64,000 nucleotides of DNA, from contig JAPOQI010000147.1 in assembly GCA_026710765.1 (NCBI GenBank), positions 11,182 to 75,181 of the forward strand. Direction: 5' to 3'. The notes beneath the pieces were generated by a model that ran no database searches, had not been told where the DNA came from, and saw only the letters and a program-made list of their open reading frames with translations. This document shows positions 18,018 through 27,909 of this stretch, piece by piece (position 1 is the first letter of the stretch; each line of letters starts with the position of its first letter). The translations under genes were made by a program, and so were the position numbers. This DNA comes from Cytophagales bacterium (GTDB lineage: Bacteria > Bacteroidota > Bacteroidia > Cytophagales > JAPOQI01).

Positions 18018-18648
18018 GGCCAGATTGGGTATGAAGGGCTTCTCGGCGCCAATGCAGGAGTCCCTGTACGCCGAGGACTAGGAAAATAAGAAATTGGATG
18101 GCACCAAAATATAGTCCGGTATAAGCATATAAGGGTAAACATATGGCATCCCCAAGGATCCAGAAATACCATGCTTCCACATGTTTCCGTGCCATCAGCC
18201 ACATGCCTATCACAAAAAAAGAAGAACTTAAAGCATCCCAAAGGGGTGCCTGCGATTCCTGTGGTAGCTGTTCTAAGAGAAAATACAATCCGATCGCTAT
18301 AACAAGACAAGCCACTAATGTGGCATTCAAAATTTGATTGGGTACAAAAGAGATCGGGGTTTTCTTTTCGCCGGGCTTGCTGCGGAGCCAGTAAACCCAT
18401 CCGTACAGACTCATCCCCGTATAATACAGGTAGATACCCATATTAGCATAGAGACTTACCCGAAAGCAGAGATATACGAAAGCAAGATCATAAATCAGTC
18501 CTATGGGGTAAAACAAAATATGTCCTCTTCGTCCGTACCAGACACTTATCACACCTGCCGTAGCACCTATCAATTCTATCCAATCTGTCCATGAAAACGG
18601 AATGAGTTTATTATACAGGTCTTGCCACAGGTCTAGTAGGGAGTACAC
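18004..18648 (-). CDS. pnuC: Nicotinamide riboside transporter PnuC
   Basis: 214 aa, 7-8 TM helices, with WIELIGATAGVISVWY and the W..Y.Y.G.S.YGW.YW pattern. Confidence 0.85.
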   Translation of the reverse strand: MYSLLDLWQDLYNKLIPFSWTDWIELIGATAGVISVWYGRRGHILFYPIGLIYDLAFVYLCFRVSLYANMGIYLYYTGMSLYGWVYWLRSKPGEKKTPISFVPNQILNATLVACLVIAIGLYFLLEQLPQESQAPLWDALSSSFFVIGMWLMARKHVEAWYFWILGDAICLPLYAYTGLYFGAIQFLIFLVLGVQGLLHWRREALHTQSGLRNS

Positions 18649-18774
18649 GGAATATTTTTTAGGATTTTATTTTCGTATTTGCATGAAGTCCGAATGGATT
18701 TCTGGACAAAGCTAAGTAAATTGCTTCGGGTTTTTTCTTTTGGTGTAGGGTTAATCTGGATAATCTTGAGATAG

Positions 18775-19173
18775 GTGATAGATATGGATCATGTTGGGGT
18801 AGCAGTGGAGGACTGGCAGAAGTCTCTACATGATTTTGCGATCCTTTTGGGTACGGAGGCTTCTGATGAGGAACTCCTGGACAAAGAAGGGGTCAGGACA
18901 GCCTTTTTTCAGACAGGAAATACTAGGGTAGAACTTTTGGGTGCCACCCGTGCAGAAAGCCCTGTGGGGAAATTTTTATCCAGACGAGGAGAAGGATTGC
19001 ATCATATAGCTTTTGCCGTTAAGAACCTGGATCAGACTCTAATTCGTTTGCAAGAAAAGGGTTTTTCTTTGACATCAGGGGGTATCCGAAAAGGATCAGG
19101 GGGAAAGCGGATTTGCTTCTTGCAACCCAAACAAACCCATGGTATACTGATTGAATTGTGTGAAAAGAAATAA
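18775..19173 (+). CDS. mce: Methylmalonyl-CoA epimerase (VOC/glyoxalase fold)
   Basis: HVGVAV...VELL......SPVGKFL..RGEGLHHIAFAV....GILIELCE. Confidence 0.85.
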   Translation: MIDMDHVGVAVEDWQKSLHDFAILLGTEASDEELLDKEGVRTAFFQTGNTRVELLGATRAESPVGKFLSRRGEGLHHIAFAVKNLDQTLIRLQEKGFSLTSGGIRKGSGGKRICFLQPKQTHGILIELCEKK

Positions 19174-19213
19174 TTTTTCAAGAAATGGGTTCTAGAGTTG
19201 CACATTTAAGATC

Positions 19214-20236
19214 ATGACGAGTCTCTCTTCTATGGGTGAGTTTGGGTTTTTGGAAAAACTTAAGGCTCGTTTTGGGAATATGGACCCTGCTCTTCCCATG
19301 GGAATGGGGGACGATGCAGCTGTACTTCCCTCGGGAGACAAAGAAAACTATGCTCTTTTTAGCTCGGATATGTTATTGGAAGGAACCCATTTTGATATCA
19401 GTTATACACCTATGGAAAGTCTAGGTTATAAAGCTGTTTCCGTGAATGTATCTGATATGATTGCCATGAATGGAAGAGGAAAATATATAGTGGTTGGCTT
19501 AGGGATGAGTGCTCGCTATGGATGGGAAGATGTGAAATCCTTGTATGAAGGTATGGAGCGGGCTTGTAAAGAATATGATATTAGCCTTGTTGGGGGAGAT
19601 ACGGTCAGCCACTCCAAGGGATTGCTTTTGTCTTTAGCCATCTGGGGGGAGGTTCCCAAGGCTTCGGTCACTTACAGGAAAGGAGCAAAACCACATGATG
19701 TCTTGTGTGTGACAGGATCTTTAGGTGCTTCCTATGTGGGCTTGCAACTCCTCATCAGAGAGAAGCGAACCGTCTTATCCGATCCCACACTTTCTCCTGA
19801 GATAGCCGAATATGCACCTATGATCCAACAACACCTATTTCCCCAAGCACGTCAAGACATTCTAAATTTTCTAGAATCTCAGAACATCGTTCCCCATGCT
19901 ATGATAGATATCTCGGATGGATTATCTTCTGAAATTCTTCATCTTTGTTCTGCATCTGGTTGTGGGGTGGAGGTATATGAGGATAGATTGCCCATCAAGG
20001 AATCTACTTATCGTACGGCTTTGGAGATAGGTTTGGAACCTCTTACATGTGCTATGAATGGTGGGGAAGATTATCAGCTCCTTATGGCTCTTCCGCCCCA
20101 GATTTATGAAACTGCCACATCTTGTGGAGATATCCATGCCATAGGTTATTTTGTGGAAAATCCTTCCCATATTTCTCTCAAAACCAAAGCCGAACAAGAA
20201 ATCTCCCTGACAGCACAAGGATGGACACAATTTTAA
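19214..20236 (+). CDS. thiL: Thiamine-monophosphate kinase
   Basis: GEFGFLEKL...GDDAAVL...DMLLEGTHF plus the AIR-synthase-like C-terminal domain (GGDT, DISDGL). Confidence 0.88.
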   Translation: MTSLSSMGEFGFLEKLKARFGNMDPALPMGMGDDAAVLPSGDKENYALFSSDMLLEGTHFDISYTPMESLGYKAVSVNVSDMIAMNGRGKYIVVGLGMSARYGWEDVKSLYEGMERACKEYDISLVGGDTVSHSKGLLLSLAIWGEVPKASVTYRKGAKPHDVLCVTGSLGASYVGLQLLIREKRTVLSDPTLSPEIAEYAPMIQQHLFPQARQDILNFLESQNIVPHAMIDISDGLSSEILHLCSASGCGVEVYEDRLPIKESTYRTALEIGLEPLTCAMNGGEDYQLLMALPPQIYETATSCGDIHAIGYFVENPSHISLKTKAEQEISLTAQGWTQF

Positions 20237-20290
20237 AATACCCTAAAATGAACCTAATAAGATTATATTAACATCAATACATGATTTTGC

Positions 20291-20728
20291 GTGATGAGCA
20301 GTGCACTTGAAAAACATAAAAAGCAGATAACCATTCTGATACAGCTGGCCAAGGTAGATGGTATTCTATCTGATGACGAACTCCAGATGATTAATCGGAT
20401 TTCAAAAATGAAGGGAATCTCCAGCTCTGAATTGGAAGATCTTTTCTATGAAGAAGGTAATGTACAAGATCTACCTAAGATGTCGGAAAAGGATAGATTT
20501 GTATATCTCTATACCATCGTGCAATTGATGAAAATAGATGATAGATTGTACAAGGAGGAGATGATATTTTCTTTGGAAGCCTGTGAAACCTTGCAATTTG
20601 ATGTTTCTATCCTTCATTATCTTATGTTAAACATTGCAGTTGACCCTGCTTCATCTCCCCCTGAAGAGGCACTGAGAAAGGAATTGGCAAAGAAAGGATT
20701 GTTGAAGAAAGGATCCTCTGCTTCATGA
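20291..20728 (+). CDS. TerB-like (tellurite-resistance TerB family) small protein
   Basis: 145 aa. The pattern LIQLAKVDGILSDDELQMI...LYTIVQLMKIDDRLYKEE fits the two-helix-repeat TerB fold. Confidence 0.55.
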   Translation: MMSSALEKHKKQITILIQLAKVDGILSDDELQMINRISKMKGISSSELEDLFYEEGNVQDLPKMSEKDRFVYLYTIVQLMKIDDRLYKEEMIFSLEACETLQFDVSILHYLMLNIAVDPASSPPEEALRKELAKKGLLKKGSSAS

Positions 20729-21615
20729 TCAGTTCCATGACAGGATTTGGAAATGCTTCCAAAAAGGGTTTGGAGGTTTCTTTAAAGACCTGGAATGCAA
20801 AATATGTCGATATCTCTCTCCGCCTCCCATGGGGAATGGAAAAAAAAGAACCCCAGGTCCGGGATTGGCTCTTGCAAAATCTGAAAAGAGGAAAGGTATC
20901 TTTATCCGTGAGATGCTTTTCTACACATTCCCAGGAAAAAATCCCCCAATTAAATTTTCCCTTCCTCAGAGACTATCTTCATCAAATCAAAAGCTTCGCC
21001 GTGAAAGAAAAGCTTGTCCTGAAAGATGCACACCTTCTTCAAGCCGTTCTCCAGCTTGCCCATGGATCAATTTCTCAATCCCATCAAGAAAGTCTCCCTA
21101 GGGAAAAAGATTTGTGGAAGGAATTAGAACCCCTAATTAAGGAGGCTTTGGAAAAATGTTTGAGGTCCAGAGCGGAGGAAGGCAAACTCATTCAGGGGAA
21201 ATTAACAGATTATGTACAGGCGATCCAGACAGGATTAACACAAATTGCTAAATGGCGTCCTGAACGAGACAAGCAGGTCCGAGCGCAGACGATAAAAAAG
21301 CTAAGATCTCTTCTGGGTGAAGAAGAAATTGAGATACCAGGAAGGGTGGAACAGGAAATACATATCTTAATGGAAAGAATGTCCATAGAAGAGGAACATG
21401 TACGTTTGCAAAAACATGTGAACTATTTTTCCACCTCGCTCTTGAACCCCGACTCATTGGAAAAAGGGAAAAAATTAACCTTTATTTGTCAAGAAATAGG
21501 ACGAGAGTTGAACACCCTAGGTGCCAAGTGTGCTGAAATTCGTATGCAACGAGAAGTTATAAACATGAAAACTCAGTTGGAAGATATCAAGGAACAAGTT
21601 CTCAATCTGCTCTAA
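20725..21615 (+). CDS. yicC: YicC-family stress-induced endoribonuclease
   Basis: SMTGFG N-terminus and the C-terminal DUF1732 block QEIGRELNTLGAKC...IKEQVLN. It has a 4-bp overlap with the upstream gene. Confidence 0.88.
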   Translation: MISSMTGFGNASKKGLEVSLKTWNAKYVDISLRLPWGMEKKEPQVRDWLLQNLKRGKVSLSVRCFSTHSQEKIPQLNFPFLRDYLHQIKSFAVKEKLVLKDAHLLQAVLQLAHGSISQSHQESLPREKDLWKELEPLIKEALEKCLRSRAEEGKLIQGKLTDYVQAIQTGLTQIAKWRPERDKQVRAQTIKKLRSLLGEEEIEIPGRVEQEIHILMERMSIEEEHVRLQKHVNYFSTSLLNPDSLEKGKKLTFICQEIGRELNTLGAKCAEIRMQREVINMKTQLEDIKEQVLNLL

Positions 21616-22138
21616 ACATTGTTTGCTTTGATCCTTTTAAGTACCAAGCTAAGCCAGCGATCATTAGGGTGACAGAAGAAGCCTCTTTAGAGACCATCTG
21701 GTTGATTTCTCCGTGGAGATCTACAAAAATCCGATCTTCTAAACGGCTAGGATGTATACCTAGACTGAGTTCATTGGAAACCAGAAAAAGATCTTTGGGC
21801 AAATTTTTTATCCTATTCCATTCACTTATGAATTTATCCAGACTAGGCTTTTTCTTTCCGCCATGTTGGTGGAGGAGATTATGTACCCAAAGGGTTATGC
21901 AATCCACCAGTACGGTTCGTCCGCTGAGGGGCAATCTTGAAAGGTGCTGGGTTTCTTCCATCAATTCCCATCTTTTATCTCGTCTTTGTTGATGATGTTG
22001 GATTCGTTCTTGACAAGAGGAATGGGGTGGTGTGGTGGCTACGTACAATGGATTCTGGGATAATTTCAAAATACATTCTTCGGCGTACTCGGATTTACCT
22101 GAACGGGTACCTCCCAAGATCAAATGTATTTTTCCCAC
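21602..22138 (-). CDS. cobU: Bifunctional adenosylcobinamide kinase / cobinamide-phosphate guanylyltransferase
   Basis: 178 aa with P-loop LILGGTRSGKSEYAE, and the YVAT and LVDC..LW..N blocks. Confidence 0.8.
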   Translation of the reverse strand: MGKIHLILGGTRSGKSEYAEECILKLSQNPLYVATTPPHSSCQERIQHHQQRRDKRWELMEETQHLSRLPLSGRTVLVDCITLWVHNLLHQHGGKKKPSLDKFISEWNRIKNLPKDLFLVSNELSLGIHPSRLEDRIFVDLHGEINQMVSKEASSVTLMIAGLAWYLKGSKQTMFRAD

Positions 22139-22324
22139 GTTTTAATTTAAAGGAGGGGTTTTTTTAGAAGAGAAGAGATCATGTTGCATAGGCTAGGATA
22201 TTTTGGGATATGGAAAAAATAGGGTTTGAAAGTTTGAATATTTTTCTAATTATAGAAAGAAGAATCAAATAAGGGAAAATTTTGATTAATTTGGGGTGTA
22301 CATTTAGATGAGGATTGGGAAATT

Positions 22325-23353
22325 ATGGGCTTCTGGGATTTCTTCGTAGAAAAAATAGCCATTGATCTTGGGACAGCGAACACCTTGATCATTTACAAGG
22401 ATGAGATTGTGGTCAATGAACCTTCTATCATTGCGATAGATCGGTCAACGAGTCGAATCATATCTGTGGGCAAGGATGCCATGCAGATGCACGAAAAGAC
22501 CCATCAGAATATCAAAACCATACGACCCCTGAAAGATGGAGTGATTGCCGATTTTCACGCAGCAGAATGGATGATTCGGAGCCTGATCCGTATGATCAAA
22601 AAAGGCAGAATGACCTTCTTCCCGAATACCTATGTCATGGTAATCTGTATCCCTTCTGGAATTACAGAGGTGGAAAAAAGAGCTGTTCGGGATTCAGCAG
22701 AACACGCAGGTGCCCGAGAAGTATATATGATACATGAACCCATCGCAGCTGCCATAGGTATAGATATAAATATCCATCGTCCTGTGGGGTCCATGATTGT
22801 GGATATAGGAGGTGGAACAACTGAAATCGCTGTCATTGCCCTTTCGGGCATTGTGTGCAATCAGTCTATACGAATAGGTGGAGACACCTTTAACAAAGAT
22901 ATCATGGACTACATCCGCCGACAACATAATTTGCTCATCGGCGAACGAACAGCCGAACGGGTAAAGATGGAAGCAGGAGCAGCTTTGACGGAAATGGAAG
23001 ATGGCCCGGAGGAATATCCCATTCGGGGACGAGATCTTATGTCGGGGGTTCCCAAGGTGATAAAGGTTTCTTATTCGGAGGTAGCCTTTGCTTTAGAAAA
23101 ATCTATCTCCAAGATAGAAGAGGCTATTTTGAAGGCTTTGGAAAATTCTCCACCCGAGCTATCCGCAGATATTTATGATAATGGCATCCATTTGGCGGGT
23201 GGAGGAGCTCTCTTGAGAGGGTTGGCACGTCGTCTTCAAAACAAAACCAAATTGACAACTCATATTTCAGAAGATCCCCTCACGGCTGTAGCCCGAGGAA
23301 CAGGTATTGCCATGAATAATTTGAAGGAATACCGATCGGTTCTGATCACCTAG
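22325..23353 (+). CDS. mreB: Rod shape-determining protein MreB
   Basis: IAIDLGTANTLI, DIGGGTTEIAVI and LAGGGALLRGL actin-fold motifs. Confidence 0.95.
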   Translation: MGFWDFFVEKIAIDLGTANTLIIYKDEIVVNEPSIIAIDRSTSRIISVGKDAMQMHEKTHQNIKTIRPLKDGVIADFHAAEWMIRSLIRMIKKGRMTFFPNTYVMVICIPSGITEVEKRAVRDSAEHAGAREVYMIHEPIAAAIGIDINIHRPVGSMIVDIGGGTTEIAVIALSGIVCNQSIRIGGDTFNKDIMDYIRRQHNLLIGERTAERVKMEAGAALTEMEDGPEEYPIRGRDLMSGVPKVIKVSYSEVAFALEKSISKIEEAILKALENSPPELSADIYDNGIHLAGGGALLRGLARRLQNKTKLTTHISEDPLTAVARGTGIAMNNLKEYRSVLIT

Positions 23354-23362
23354 TGATTCCTC

Positions 23363-24205
23363 ATGCCTGGATTTCTTCGGTACCTCCGTCTCCTTCGTTC
23401 TTTTTTCTTTTTTTCAGCGCTGCTCTCGGTTTGTCTTTTTCTCATGCTGAAAGAGGAAAGCTATCTTTCTGCAAGATGGTTTCGGCGGGTAAACGAAGGC
23501 ATGGGAGAAATACATCAGTATTTCCATGGTCTCCAAGAATATTTTCATCTATCACAGGTCAATACCCAATTGGTGGAAGAAAATACACAACTCAGACATC
23601 AACTTTGGACCCATCAGCTATCTAGCGAAGACCTGCCAAGAACTGCATCCTTGTCCTCCCAATGGGCTATAGAACATGAATACCTACCCGCACACGTCGT
23701 TAAGAACACCCTCTTTTTTCAGCACAATTATATAGTTCTCAATAAGGGATATAGATCCGGAATTCGGGAAGGAATGGGTGTGGTGGGACAACGGGGTGTG
23801 GTGGGAAAGGTGAAGCATGTGAGCGAAAGTTTTTCAACCCTCTATTCCCTACTGCACACGGATCTTATGATTTCGTGTCGGATTGCCCGAGATAGTACGT
23901 TGGCTACCCTGAAATGGGATGGAATATCTCCCCAAAATGCTAATTTACTCTACGTTCCCCGACACGTTTTCCTGAAAAAAGGAGATCTCTTACTGAGCTC
24001 GGGCGGTGGAAATACCTTTCCATATGGGGTACCCTTGGGTCTTATAGATAGTTTTGATCTAAAAGAACATGAGGTATTTTATCGGGTGAAGGTGTCTTTG
24101 GCTACCGATTTTTATAGACTGCACAATGTATATGTCGTATTGAATCCCAGACGGAGAGAAAGAGACAGCCTAGAATTCATGATGGAGCAAACCTTGGGAA
24201 TCTAA
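23363..24205 (+). CDS. mreC: Rod shape-determining protein MreC
   Basis: N-terminal TM helix and coiled coil (QLVEENTQLRHQL), then a beta-barrel domain (GIREGMGVVGQRGVVGKV). Position matches mreB-mreC-mreD. Confidence 0.85.
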   Translation: MPGFLRYLRLLRSFFFFSALLSVCLFLMLKEESYLSARWFRRVNEGMGEIHQYFHGLQEYFHLSQVNTQLVEENTQLRHQLWTHQLSSEDLPRTASLSSQWAIEHEYLPAHVVKNTLFFQHNYIVLNKGYRSGIREGMGVVGQRGVVGKVKHVSESFSTLYSLLHTDLMISCRIARDSTLATLKWDGISPQNANLLYVPRHVFLKKGDLLLSSGGGNTFPYGVPLGLIDSFDLKEHEVFYRVKVSLATDFYRLHNVYVVLNPRRRERDSLEFMMEQTLGI

Positions 24206-24233
24206 GTCTAATCAAGCTTTAAAACATTCGTAT

Positions 24234-24770
24234 ATGAAAGGGAGGGATTTGTTTCGTTTTCTTCTAGAAGGCTTAATAGGTTTTGCCTTTCAGGCATGCC
24301 TGTTGTGGGTAGGTTTTTATTTTTCTTATGCCTTAGCCTTTGTGTACCTGGCTTGTTTACTTCATCTACCTTTTCGCTTGTCTTCTTTTTGGCGGATGAT
24401 TTTAGGAATGTCCATGGGTTTGGGGATAGATTTGATGTATGGCACAATCGGGTTGCATGGAATAGCTTGTCTGGGGATGACCTTTGTTCAGAGACGGGTG
24501 GGACAATTCTATTTCCCGCTTATGGAAAGAAAGAAGGTTCAGACCCAACTCAATCCCTATGCCTTAGGCAGCATTCAATATGCCATCTATGCCATAACCC
24601 TGATTCTCCTACACCATAGCATTTTATTCATCCTAGAAGCCGCCATGGACGTGCATTGGCGGGATATCCTGAAGATAGGCCTGAGTAGTTTATTTACCCT
24701 CTTCCTACTCCTCTCTTGGTACGGAATAGGACATGTTTTCCTGAAAAAACAATCTGAAGGCTCTTTATGA
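24234..24770 (+). CDS. mreD: Rod shape-determining protein MreD (by position and topology)
   Basis: 178-aa polytopic membrane protein between mreC and mrdA, with a 4-bp overlap with mrdA. Confidence 0.6.
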   Translation: MKGRDLFRFLLEGLIGFAFQACLLWVGFYFSYALAFVYLACLLHLPFRLSSFWRMILGMSMGLGIDLMYGTIGLHGIACLGMTFVQRRVGQFYFPLMERKKVQTQLNPYALGSIQYAIYAITLILLHHSILFILEAAMDVHWRDILKIGLSSLFTLFLLLSWYGIGHVFLKKQSEGSL

Positions 24771-26563
24771 ACAGACATGGGAAGATCTTGCTGCAAGGCC
24801 TGATTCTTGTATCTACCTTGTTGCTTTCTATTATCTTGTTTCATATTCAGGTCAAGGATAATTCTTATGTTCTGAAGGCCGAGCGGAATATTGTACAGCG
24901 TATGGTAGAGTATCCTCGCCGAGGATTTATCTATGATAGGGAGGATCAAATTTTGGTTTACAATGTTCCGGCTTTTGATGTGAAGGTGGTGCCTCAGGAG
25001 GTAAAATCCTTGGATACCCTTCATTTTTCTCAGGTTTTTAATTTATCTCTTGCCGATTTTCGAGAATCCTGGAAGCGGGTTTGTTCCTATTCCATGATTC
25101 AATCCTCTACTTTCATCTCGGATATATCTCATGAGGAATTCAGTCATATACAGGATGAAATGATCTCTTTTCCTGGCTTTTATGTAGAAGAGAAGATTAT
25201 CAGGGGCTATACCTACCCCTTTTTGGCCAATACCCTAGGATATGTTAATGAGGTCAGTCCAAGCCAATTAGCTAAAGACAGCCTGAGAATCTATGAATTG
25301 GGAGATCCTATTGGGGTGAGTGGCTTGGAAGAGGCCTACGATCTCATCTTAAGGGGTGAAAAGGGAACCAAATTCCGAAGGGTAGATGTTAGAGGAAAAG
25401 ATTTGGGCCCCTTCAAGCAAGGAGTCTATGACAGAGCTTCCAAACCCGGAGAAGATATCCAAATAACCATAGATACCGAATTGCAACGTTATGCCGAATT
25501 TCTTATGGAAGGGAAACGTGGAAGTGTGCTGGCCATAGAACCTGAAACAGGTGAAATTCTAGCCATTGTTTCTGCCCCATCCTATGATCCAAATCAGCTA
25601 TCAGGAAAAAACTACGGAAAATATTATGATCTTATCTCCTCAGATTCACTTACTCCTCTTTTTCATCGTCCCTTGATGGCTATGTATCGCCCGGGATCCA
25701 TTTTCAAGGTGGCACAAGCCTTGGTGGCCTTAGAATTGGGTCTGATAGATCCCGAAACCGTTTTTCCCTGTGATCAAAATCTCATTGGCTGTCATTGGCA
25801 TGGACTCCAAGAGGATTTGCGAGGTGCTATCACAAATTCTTGCAATTCTTATTTTTATAGAGTCATGGAAAGATATATTTATCAGGATGAGAATCCAGAT
25901 CTCCATCAAAGTGCTCCCAAAGGATTGGAAAAATGGCATAAAGCCATGAAACGACTTGCCTTCGGAAAAAAAACAGGAATAGATATCCCTTCCGAACAAA
26001 AAGGATATATCCCCAATGTCTCATATTATGATCGGATATATGGTCAGAACAGATGGAACTATGAAACCATATACTCTTTGGCAATAGGTGAAGGAGAAAA
26101 CCTAGTCGTACCCCTTCAAATGGTTAATTTTGCTGCCATGATTGCCAACAGAGGATATTATTATACCCCTCATTTGCTGAGAAAAACAAGTAGGGGTTCC
26201 AAGAGGGAGATCCAAAAGCACTCCATTCATATTGATCCCCGAAATGTAGAAATCGTGGTCCAGGCTATGCGGGAGGTTATACTCTCGGGAACAGGGCGTT
26301 ATCGTGCCAATTTACCAGATATAGAAGTTTGTGGAAAAACGGGGACCGTCCAAAATCGTGAAGGGGAATTTTCCCACTCGGTATTTATCTCCTTTGCCCC
26401 CATGGAATCTCCCCAAATAGCCCTATCTGTATATGTGGAATATGCAGGAGAAGGAGCCCGTGCTGCTGCTGCCATCAGCGGACTCCTAATAGAAAAATAT
26501 TTGAAAAAAGAAGAAGCAAAATTGTACTACGAAGCATATGTACGAAACTTCATTCCCGAATGA
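24767..26563 (+). CDS. mrdA: Penicillin-binding protein 2 (elongasome transpeptidase)
   Basis: RG.IYDR N-terminal domain. The track-translated product contains GSIFKV, SCNSYF and CGKTGT, which I assign to the SxxK, SxN and KTG transpeptidase motifs. Confidence 0.92.
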   Translation: MNRHGKILLQGLILVSTLLLSIILFHIQVKDNSYVLKAERNIVQRMVEYPRRGFIYDREDQILVYNVPAFDVKVVPQEVKSLDTLHFSQVFNLSLADFRESWKRVCSYSMIQSSTFISDISHEEFSHIQDEMISFPGFYVEEKIIRGYTYPFLANTLGYVNEVSPSQLAKDSLRIYELGDPIGVSGLEEAYDLILRGEKGTKFRRVDVRGKDLGPFKQGVYDRASKPGEDIQITIDTELQRYAEFLMEGKRGSVLAIEPETGEILAIVSAPSYDPNQLSGKNYGKYYDLISSDSLTPLFHRPLMAMYRPGSIFKVAQALVALELGLIDPETVFPCDQNLIGCHWHGLQEDLRGAITNSCNSYFYRVMERYIYQDENPDLHQSAPKGLEKWHKAMKRLAFGKKTGIDIPSEQKGYIPNVSYYDRIYGQNRWNYETIYSLAIGEGENLVVPLQMVNFAAMIANRGYYYTPHLLRKTSRGSKREIQKHSIHIDPRNVEIVVQAMREVILSGTGRYRANLPDIEVCGKTGTVQNREGEFSHSVFISFAPMESPQIALSVYVEYAGEGARAAAAISGLLIEKYLKKEEAKLYYEAYVRNFIPE

Positions 26564-26593
26564 TCAAAACTCCTATTCCAAACTCCCAAGCCT

Positions 26594-27844
26594 GTGTCGC
26601 AAAAAATTGATCCCTGGACCCTAGGTATCTATTTTCTCCTAGTCCTGGTAGGATGGGCATTGATCTATGCCTCCGAATATACTGAGGAACTCAATAAGGC
26701 AATATATGATCCCTCACTGAAATCTGGAAAACAGATGCTTTGGATAGGTCTTTGTTTGGTGCTTTTGCTACTCAGTATATTCGTGCATCATAGGGTATAT
26801 GATTATTTTGCGTATTTATTGTACCTATTTTCTATAATAGGACTTATATCTGTTTTATTTTGGGGGGTAGAGGTTTCGGGTTCACGTTCCTGGATAAATC
26901 TGGGGGTTGCATATTTTCAACCCTCTGAATTAGCCAAGTATGCCACTTGCTTGGCCTTGGCTAAGGTGATCAGCATGCCGTCTTTTCGTTTTAAAATGAG
27001 TTCTTATTTGGGATTGTTTCTATTGATGGCTTTGCCTACGGTTCTTATTATTGCGCAGGGTGATGTTGGGACGGCTTTGGTATTTCCTGCTTTTGCGTTG
27101 ATGTTATATCGGGGGGGTATGCCTTCCTTTATTCTTTTTCTGGGCATAGTTTTTGTGGTCTTATTTGTTTTGGCACTATGGTTTTCACCCTTGATAATTG
27201 TTACGGTGATTGGTTCCATCAGCCTTTTTCTTAGTGTAATATGGGCTAAGAACAAATACCGAATCTTTTTTGTGTTAATCTGTGCTTTGGCTTCAGCAGG
27301 ATTTGTGTGGAGTACAGACTATGTCATGACCCAAATTCTCAAACCTTATCAAACCCAACGTATTCAATCCTTATTTAATCCCTCAGCGGATCCCTTGGGT
27401 ATGGGATGGAATGTGACCCAATCTAAAATAGCCATTGGGTCTGGGGGCTTGGTAGGAAAGGGATATTTACAGGGAACCCAAAGTCGACACGATTTTGTTC
27501 CCGAAGAGAGTACTGATTTTATCTTTTGTACCCTGGGCGAAGAATTCGGATGGGTGGGGACCACTTGTTTTCTCCTTTTATTTTCTAGCTTTCTTCTTCG
27601 GCTGATCTATATCGCGGAACGTCAAAGAAATATTTTTTCCTTATTGTATGGGTATGGGGTCGTCTGCATCTTTTTAGCACATTATCTCATCAATCTATCC
27701 ATGACCCTGGGATTTTTCCCGGTTATAGGTATTCCCTTACCCTTTCTGAGTTATGGGGGTTCATCATTGGTAGTTTTTTCATTGATGGTGCTGAGTTTAT
27801 TGAAAATGGATATGCACCGAACGGATATGGTCCTTCGTATCTGA
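26594..27844 (+). CDS. rodA: Rod shape-determining protein RodA (SEDS family)
   Basis: 416 aa with 10 TM helices. Motifs QPSELAK, DFIFCTLGEEFG and PLPFLSYGGSS. GTG start. Confidence 0.92.
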   Translation: MSQKIDPWTLGIYFLLVLVGWALIYASEYTEELNKAIYDPSLKSGKQMLWIGLCLVLLLLSIFVHHRVYDYFAYLLYLFSIIGLISVLFWGVEVSGSRSWINLGVAYFQPSELAKYATCLALAKVISMPSFRFKMSSYLGLFLLMALPTVLIIAQGDVGTALVFPAFALMLYRGGMPSFILFLGIVFVVLFVLALWFSPLIIVTVIGSISLFLSVIWAKNKYRIFFVLICALASAGFVWSTDYVMTQILKPYQTQRIQSLFNPSADPLGMGWNVTQSKIAIGSGGLVGKGYLQGTQSRHDFVPEESTDFIFCTLGEEFGWVGTTCFLLLFSSFLLRLIYIAERQRNIFSLLYGYGVVCIFLAHYLINLSMTLGFFPVIGIPLPFLSYGGSSLVVFSLMVLSLLKMDMHRTDMVLRI

Positions 27845-27909
27845 TCTTTTATCTTAGTTTGATCGGAAATTATATTATATACTGATATGAATAAAAGCAT
27901 TGGTCAAGG

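Noticed and set aside
23353-23625. 90-aa ORF overlapping the start of mreC in another frame
   Set aside because: The 280-aa frame starting at 23363 has the MreC TM helix, coiled coil and beta-barrel pattern. The alternative frame has no support.
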